Below are positions 57,667 to 64,000 of a stretch of DNA of 64,000 nt, one piece after another. Made by a program: the position numbers and the translations under genes. The stretch spans positions 199,572 through 263,571 of IMG/VR virus record IMGVR_UViG_3300029984_000001, one strand, 5' to 3'. Under the pieces are notes generated by a model, which was not told the DNA's origin, searched no databases, and saw only the letters and a list, made by a program, of their open reading frames with translations. Every line of letters starts with the position of its first letter. Within the stretch, counting starts at the first letter, position 1.

Positions 57667-60222
57667 ATGTCAGATATTATTTCTTCAGATATATATGCAA
57701 TATCTGAAATGGTTCTAGATCTAGAAAAAAAGTTTATAACAGATGCTACTGAAGATGTACTTATGGTAAGTACATATGGATACATGGGTTCTAATTTTGC
57801 TAAGATTATGAAGAATAGTGTTAGAATGGCTAGTGAATGGGGTAACGAATGCTTGTTACTCAAAGCCAAATTTGATAGTACTATATTATCAAAAGCGATA
57901 GAACTTGAGATAGGTTCTATAAGTGCTACACCTTCTATAATGAATATAATGATTGGATTTGTAGAAAATGAATTAATATCTGCTATGGTAAATAATCAAT
58001 TAATTATAAGTAGAAATTGTTTATTAAATATTGGAGATTTTGAATTTCATCTAGATCATGATTTATTAATTCAGATGGAAAAACTAATTACAGGAGAATA
58101 TATCTATACCGCTAGATATATAATGAACGAATTCTCTCCGAATTTTACTAAGATAGATAACCCTTATTTATCATCTCCACTTAGATTATTACAAGATAAT
58201 GATAATTTTATTTTTATAAATTGTGATATAATTCAAACTACTCTTAAATTTATAGATGCTCCTATTATATCTAATAATATATTAGAAAATAAAACAGTTG
58301 ATTTTGATTTTGATAAACAATTAGCATCCTTTGAAGTTATGGTTATGTCTAATAATGAAAAAATAAATCTTAAACCGATATATGAAGGTATGCCTATAGA
58401 AAATACATTATATTGTTTTTATAATTATCTAGATAGTGATACTATCAGAATAAAGTTTGATCCAGATTCATATAATCCATCTAATGGTGATACAATAGTG
58501 ATAAGAGTTCAATCTACTACAGGAGATAATGGTAACTTACCTTTTAGTTTAGATGTAACAGTAACTCTAGATGATGAAACTGATATTGTAGATTATAAAG
58601 GGTTATCATGTTTAATAAAAACATCGGATGCTACTAATGGATCTAATGGTAAAACCATGGATGAATTGAAATCTATATTACCAAAGGAATCTTTATCTAG
58701 AGGAATAATTGCGACAGAAGCAGATATAGATACTTTCTTTAATAATTTGAACGAGGATAATAAATTGATATTCAAAAAGAAAAGACATAATCAACAAGAA
58801 AGATTATATTATGCTTACTTCTTAGCAAAAGATTCTAATGATAATGTGATACCAACAAATACAATAGATTTAGAAATACTAGAAGAAGATTTTATTATAT
58901 CAAATAATAAAATTATTATAGATCCAAATTCAAGAATAGTTTATAATAGAAATACAAAATTAGGTACTATAAAAAATAAAGAAGAAGCTACTGATGAATT
59001 TATATATACTACACCATTTTCTACTGTTATAAATAATAAATTATTATATATGTCACATTATTTAAATATAGTAGATAATTCATATAAGTTTAATTACAGT
59101 TATATAAATAATAAATCATTTATTCAGTTTATATCTACTAAGATGACTATACAAAGAAATTTCTTAATAGATAGTAAATATAGAATTACTTTATCATTAA
59201 CCCAAAATACAAATGTAGATGTATCATTGATAGAATTAGATTCTAATAATAATATAATAAGTTGTAAAATAAAACCAGTGTTAGTTTTATCTCCAGATTC
59301 TACACATAATTATTATGTATATGGTGAAGTAATTGGATATGACTCTAATACATTCACATATCAAGTAGAATTTAATATAGATTCTGATAATAAGATGAAT
59401 GAATCTAATCAAATATTATTAAAAAATTTACATTTAGGAAATGGTACTACAACCACTTCTATATTTATGGATATTGAAACTAAAATGTCTATATATATGT
59501 ATGCAGATTTAGGATTAGATTATGGTTCTAATAATATGGTCCCAGATTTATATAATAGTAATTATACTTTATGTAATATTTATACAACTATAGATAATGT
59601 AGAATTGTTTTTTAATTTTTCTAGTATAATAAATACTGGGATTACTGTATATAAAAATAGTTCAGATAAAATAGTATATAAGATCAAAGGATTACCTGTT
59701 GTTAGAAAAAGTTATATACAAGATATAGATAGATGTAATAAACTAATTGATTCTTTATATTATAGAAAAGTATATATAGATACTGCTTTAGATTTTATAG
59801 AAAATGGTTTTGAAATAGATTTTAAGTTCTATAACACATACGGTCCTTCTCAAACATTAAATATTGGGTATGATGGATTGGAGTTATTGAATTCCACAAA
59901 TTTATCATTAAAATTCATAGTAAAATTAAAAAATGGTGTTGATATAAATATAATAAAGAATATGAAACAAGACATTAAACTATATATAGAAGACATAAAT
60001 AAAGAGAAGGTATCTGAAAATATGTCTAATATTAATACATTAATATCAAATAAATATAGTACAGATATAGAATTTTTTGATTTTATTAGTATTAATAATT
60101 ATGATGCTACTTATAAGTATATAGTCAAGAAAAATACAGATTTAATTGAACAAGTACCTGAATTCCTATGTATAAATTTATCCGATGATATTGAACCTGA
60201 TATAACTATTAAGAGTATTTAA
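57667..60222 (+). CDS. Baseplate wedge protein (gp6-like)
   Basis: STTGDNGN, ATNGSNGKTMDELK, RGIIATEADI. Confidence 0.75.
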   Translation: MSDIISSDIYAISEMVLDLEKKFITDATEDVLMVSTYGYMGSNFAKIMKNSVRMASEWGNECLLLKAKFDSTILSKAIELEIGSISATPSIMNIMIGFVENELISAMVNNQLIISRNCLLNIGDFEFHLDHDLLIQMEKLITGEYIYTARYIMNEFSPNFTKIDNPYLSSPLRLLQDNDNFIFINCDIIQTTLKFIDAPIISNNILENKTVDFDFDKQLASFEVMVMSNNEKINLKPIYEGMPIENTLYCFYNYLDSDTIRIKFDPDSYNPSNGDTIVIRVQSTTGDNGNLPFSLDVTVTLDDETDIVDYKGLSCLIKTSDATNGSNGKTMDELKSILPKESLSRGIIATEADIDTFFNNLNEDNKLIFKKKRHNQQERLYYAYFLAKDSNDNVIPTNTIDLEILEEDFIISNNKIIIDPNSRIVYNRNTKLGTIKNKEEATDEFIYTTPFSTVINNKLLYMSHYLNIVDNSYKFNYSYINNKSFIQFISTKMTIQRNFLIDSKYRITLSLTQNTNVDVSLIELDSNNNIISCKIKPVLVLSPDSTHNYYVYGEVIGYDSNTFTYQVEFNIDSDNKMNESNQILLKNLHLGNGTTTTSIFMDIETKMSIYMYADLGLDYGSNNMVPDLYNSNYTLCNIYTTIDNVELFFNFSSIINTGITVYKNSSDKIVYKIKGLPVVRKSYIQDIDRCNKLIDSLYYRKVYIDTALDFIENGFEIDFKFYNTYGPSQTLNIGYDGLELLNSTNLSLKFIVKLKNGVDINIIKNMKQDIKLYIEDINKEKVSENMSNINTLISNKYSTDIEFFDFISINNYDATYKYIVKKNTDLIEQVPEFLCINLSDDIEPDITIKSI

Positions 60223-60233
60223 ACATTACAATA
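60222..60233 (+). promoter_or_regulatory. Late promoter AACA-N6-TA
   Basis: aaca ttacaa ta. Confidence 0.7.
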
Positions 60234-60253
60234 ATTTTAAGGAGGAATGAATT

Positions 60254-61174
60254 ATGAAAAATCCTGTACTTGACATTTTAAAACTTCAAAAAGAAAATAT
60301 TGAAAAAGAACGAATATTAGAAAGTAAAAATAATTATGATCAAAGATTATCCGAGGAACAACAAGATATTGAAAGATATAATCATTATAAAGAATCATAC
60401 GGATTTATGGGTATGCAACCAAAACAATCTATATTTAAATCTAAGGTAGAAAAAGAATTATTATCTGAAGGTTTAAATAGAATATTCTCTAAATGTGTAA
60501 AGAGTTTATTGTATGAAAATGCAGCTTTATTAAAAAAACATTTAGTCAGCTCTTTTGTAAATGAATCAGGTGTTGATAATCTTATGAATAAATTTTCTGA
60601 AGAGTCATATTTATTATCAGAATTAACAAGATTAGTAGTAGAGTATTCTGAGATAATATGTGAGAAAGCTAGAAATAATAAAGATGAAATTATAGATCCT
60701 ACTGATAAAGAAGACTTCTATGAGAAAATAGACAGTATTGCAGATGTAGGAGATGTGCAAGATACAGTAAAATTAAGAGTTGCTGATGCTTTTAATCAAT
60801 TCAATATAAATAATACAGAAAAGAAAAGAGATATTGAAAATATAATGATTCAGTCAAGAGAAAATATTAATGCTAATATGACTGAGGAGATTATGGAATA
60901 TACAAAAATGCAAAATAAACAAAAAGAAAATGAGATTAGGAATTCAAAGAAAACAATTTTTGAATCTATGATGTATAATATAATAGAATCATGTTATAAG
61001 GATAATGATTTAAAAGAAAAGTTTTTTGAAGAATCAGGTCTACCTGATTTTGATAAAATATCAGATCATTGTAAAATAATGTATGGATTTATGGAGATGC
61101 TTAATACAACTGGAGCACAACATTTATCTCCTGAATATATTAAGGAACAAGTTGATAATTTAAGAATTTTATAG
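60254..61174 (+). CDS. Putative virion (head) protein
   Basis: Late promoter; helical; many [ILVF]xE sites. Confidence 0.55.
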   Translation: MKNPVLDILKLQKENIEKERILESKNNYDQRLSEEQQDIERYNHYKESYGFMGMQPKQSIFKSKVEKELLSEGLNRIFSKCVKSLLYENAALLKKHLVSSFVNESGVDNLMNKFSEESYLLSELTRLVVEYSEIICEKARNNKDEIIDPTDKEDFYEKIDSIADVGDVQDTVKLRVADAFNQFNINNTEKKRDIENIMIQSRENINANMTEEIMEYTKMQNKQKENEIRNSKKTIFESMMYNIIESCYKDNDLKEKFFEESGLPDFDKISDHCKIMYGFMEMLNTTGAQHLSPEYIKEQVDNLRIL

Positions 61175-61177
61175 TAA

Positions 61178-61210
61178 AATACCCATAGGAATTATCCTAT
61201 GGGTATATTT
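61178..61210. terminator. Bidirectional terminator
   Basis: atacccatagga-atta-tcctatgggtat. Confidence 0.8.
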
Positions 61211-61611
61211 TATCTATAAGTTACTCTGATGCAATTATTAAATATATTTAGATTAAATAAAAATTTGTTTTTATCAGTATTCATAAGAATATCTGTCAAA
61301 CCTTCTTTAGTCAAATAATTTTTCATTTCTCTATTATTAAAATCAAATTCTTCATAGGCTCTTTTGAATACGATATAATTTCTTTTTGTATAATCTACTA
61401 TAGATAATGCTATTTTATTTTCTAATATAGGTTTATCTATTAATTCTTTTTCATCTACAAATATGTCAAATGAATCTGATTGTCCAGCTGCATTTATAAT
61501 AGTTCCTTTTATATGATCTTCTAGAACACTTTTCATTGATATCATTAGATCAGCTCTATTAAAAGAACTATTAAAAATAAATCTTAAATACATTTGTTGT
61601 TTACAATCCAT
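61210..61611 (-). CDS. Hypothetical protein
   Basis: SD ggagggg; coupled to rusA. Confidence 0.65.
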   Translation of the reverse strand: MDCKQQMYLRFIFNSSFNRADLMISMKSVLEDHIKGTIINAAGQSDSFDIFVDEKELIDKPILENKIALSIVDYTKRNYIVFKRAYEEFDFNNREMKNYLTKEGLTDILMNTDKNKFLFNLNIFNNCIRVTYR

Positions 61612-62317
61612 TATTATCCCCTCCAAAATATTGTATAGTGTCTGATTCCATTCTATTTTTTACATTATTGTATTGATATTTATTATATAACATATTAAGA
61701 TATCTTACCGTAATTTCTACTCTTGGTAATATTGAATAGAATTTGCTTACTTTTCCATCTACAACTAAAGTATCATCTATCCATATATTACCATTAAACA
61801 TATCAGAATATTTTTTTCCTATATTATCCCAATCTGGTTTAGTAAGAGGTCTATGTAATCCTAATTCTGCTAAATATGTATCTTTTTGACTGTAAGCTGA
61901 TGGTGTTTTAAAATAAGCATTAAAATAAACTTCACATGGAGTATATATAAATTGATCTAATTGTATTAAATCATTTCCTAATAATCTTTGTATAAAGACT
62001 TGATCATCTTTAGCGTTTATTGAATAGACATGAACAAATTGACCATTATTCATAGCAGCTTGTCCAATATTTTTTCTATTAATTAATCTAAATCTAGGTC
62101 TTGGAGTTCCTTCTGGTTGTTCATATAATATAATTTTAAAATCTGTATAATATAAACTACCTAACATCATATCTCTTTGATTTAATATTTCATTACCTTT
62201 TTTTTCATTTATATTTAAACTGTCATAAAGATATTCTAATCTTTCTTTATAATCTAAAGGTATATTACCATATTTAGTTTCATATTCTTTAGCTTTAACT
62301 GCTCTATTTTGTTTCAT
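61601..62317 (-). CDS. rusA: RusA-family Holliday junction resolvase
   Basis: PRPRF, KPDWDNIGK, IWIDDTLVV, PRVEITV. Confidence 0.88.
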   Translation of the reverse strand: MKQNRAVKAKEYETKYGNIPLDYKERLEYLYDSLNINEKKGNEILNQRDMMLGSLYYTDFKIILYEQPEGTPRPRFRLINRKNIGQAAMNNGQFVHVYSINAKDDQVFIQRLLGNDLIQLDQFIYTPCEVYFNAYFKTPSAYSQKDTYLAELGLHRPLTKPDWDNIGKKYSDMFNGNIWIDDTLVVDGKVSKFYSILPRVEITVRYLNMLYNKYQYNNVKNRMESDTIQYFGGDNNGL

Positions 62318-62340
62318 AACATATCCCCCTTATCATGTGT

Positions 62341-62352
62341 CAATTATAAGTT
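62341..62352 (-). promoter_or_regulatory. Late promoter AACT-N6-TG
   Basis: Minus strand aact tataat tg. Confidence 0.55.
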
Positions 62353-62377
62353 TAGAGATATATAAAAGTCTAACATA

Positions 62378-64000
62378 TTATTTGCCAAATATGTTAGACA
62401 TTATATTTGAGACATATGCTTGAGTCCCTAAGAAACTATTAAATGTCACTTTGTTTTTAGTACTTTCCTTTAAATTGTAATAGTAGTATTTTATACTTCT
62501 TTGAATATCCACATTATTCACATTTATACCACATAAATTTGCAAGGTAATCCATTTCAGCTGTATTAGTTAACATATTACTTATCTGACTTTCTTGAGAT
62601 AATGAGAATACATTATATAATTCTTTTATAGTAAAAGTAACATCTATTGTTGTTGGTAATCCATTTAATGTCCATGATCCTTTGTCTCCTTTATTTATAG
62701 ACATGTTTGTGATTATACCCATATCTATATCAAACATTCCTTTATAATAAGCTCTGATTAAAAATGGTGAGGTATATCCGTTACCATTTAATTGAACTGG
62801 AGCTACTAATCCCAATAAATGACATAAGGGTACATATAAATCCATATAAATTGAAAAAGGAGTTGGATCTGGAGTTCTTAATTTAACCGTAACTTCATAA
62901 GATTTACTAAATTCAGAATCATTCCATATTTCAGGAAATATTAATTTACCACCAGTAGCAACAGTTAATGCACCTTCTGTTAATCTATCAGCAATTCCAT
63001 TCGGTAATATACTACTAAATTTATCCACAAAAGCATCTAAAGATTTTTTAGAAGTATCATAGTTTTCTTTTTTAAAAGCTTCAAATTGTGCACCAGATGT
63101 TGATCCTAATAAAAATTGAATTTCCCTAGACATATCACTTAAATTATTCATTGAACCTGCTAATGAACTTTGACCTATACTATTTGTAAATGATTCTTGT
63201 ATTTGAGTTTCTGAGTCTATATAAATAGCAATAGATTCTTTAGACGAAATAAAAGATTGAATAGGTACATCTCTAAAATTCGACCAATTATAATTACTAA
63301 GTGATGTTCCATCTATAGTTCTATCACCTAAATTCATAAGTCTTGCGATGTTTTTTAACATAGGATTTACTACGTCAAAATATATATCATATGCAAATTC
63401 TAGAGAATAAAATTTACCATTAGAATTGTTTAATAATTGATTTAAAGTACTCTCATCATTTTGGGCTAAAGACGATAATACGTTTTTCTTATCACTAGAA
63501 TTAAATTTTTTCATAAATTTAGGTTTACCTGGTGTAATTAATAATAGTGGCATATTTTGTACTAATTTTTCTGCATATTTTCTACCAAAAGCAGTTGGTT
63601 TATTATCTATAATTAATTTAGGGTCACAATTATCCATATATTGATACGGCATACCAAATATACCTCTTTTAGAATGTAATATTTGTTGTGTTGCAGTTGA
63701 TGAAGTTGAAAAGAAATCATAATTAGATGATAAATTAAATTGAGCTTTTTCATCACTCACTTGATCTGTTGTTGTCACAGTTGATATATTATTAGTTTCA
63801 ACAATATATTTATTTACAATAGAACTAGAATCGAACCATCCTTTATCTTGTACATAAAACCAATTTCCAGATTTTTTTGTTACTTTAACTTCTTCACCTT
63901 TTGTTAAGCTTCCAATAATACTAGAATTAGTATTGGCATTTTCTAATAATTGTATAACAGAAGTATTTATATATATAAGATAATCTATATATTCTAAATC
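62378..64000 (-). CDS. Baseplate tail-tube initiator (gp48-like) with N-terminal SH3b domain; 5' end outside the window
   Basis: Frame open to nt 64000 with ANTNSSIIGSLTKGEEVKV...GNWFYV..KGW; C-terminal PFLIRAY...GIITNMSI...NGLPTTIDVTFTIKEL. Confidence 0.7.
   Translation of the reverse strand, partial: DLEYIDYLIYINTSVIQLLENANTNSSIIGSLTKGEEVKVTKKSGNWFYVQDKGWFDSSSIVNKYIVETNNISTVTTTDQVSDEKAQFNLSSNYDFFSTSSTATQQILHSKRGIFGMPYQYMDNCDPKLIIDNKPTAFGRKYAEKLVQNMPLLLITPGKPKFMKKFNSSDKKNVLSSLAQNDESTLNQLLNNSNGKFYSLEFAYDIYFDVVNPMLKNIARLMNLGDRTIDGTSLSNYNWSNFRDVPIQSFISSKESIAIYIDSETQIQESFTNSIGQSSLAGSMNNLSDMSREIQFLLGSTSGAQFEAFKKENYDTSKKSLDAFVDKFSSILPNGIADRLTEGALTVATGGKLIFPEIWNDSEFSKSYEVTVKLRTPDPTPFSIYMDLYVPLCHLLGLVAPVQLNGNGYTSPFLIRAYYKGMFDIDMGIITNMSINKGDKGSWTLNGLPTTIDVTFTIKELYNVFSLSQESQISNMLTNTAEMDYLANLCGINVNNVDIQRSIKYYYYNLKESTKNKVTFNSFLGTQAYVSNIMSNIFGK

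Noticed and set aside
680-58775. Short antisense or overlapping ORFs in the track (e.g. 680..895, 3896..4153, 11950..12357, 27576..27857, 50473..50802, 58593..58775)
   Set aside because: Shadow frames of real genes, with no SD and a composition typical of reverse-complemented AT-rich coding DNA
1-64000. Stop-codon reassignment, as in some AT-rich jumbo phages
   Set aside because: Long core genes are intact under the standard code, and TAA, TAG and TGA all end genes at sensible boundaries

Overview
A 64-kb segment of a very AT-rich jumbo myophage genome with Firmicutes-type Shine-Dalgarno sites, most similar in organisation to the Bacillus AR9/PBS1 group. Head genes: T4 gp21-type prohead protease, acidic scaffold candidate, major capsid protein, neck candidates, and an array of paralogous internal head proteins. 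Tail and baseplate genes: gp25-, gp26-, gp6-, hub- and tube-like. Other genes: a divergent GroEL, a candidate sigma-like RNAP subunit, a DnaG-type primase, dCTP deaminase, a PC4-type SSB, a 5'-3' exonuclease and RusA. A multisubunit RNAP beta' N-terminal gene has its catalytic DYDGD motif split by a group I intron carrying an HNH endonuclease. Two promoter classes can be read from the DNA. AAC[AT]-N6-T[AG] precedes mostly structural genes and matches the AR9 late consensus, which raises the possibility of uracil-containing DNA. TTRTATATTATA-N4-YG precedes accessory clusters and also occurs inside the intron. The most unusual observations are: (1) a shared N-terminal peptide M[KQ]xFMxR[DE] on unrelated DNA-acting proteins; (2) a fragment of the RNAP beta active-site region embedded in a small zinc-finger protein; (3) head-packaged multi-enzyme polyproteins punctuated by protease-type [ILVF]xE sites; (4) decaying accessory cassettes flanked by duplicated promoters or terminators. 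All functional calls come from motif recognition by eye; no database searches were run.
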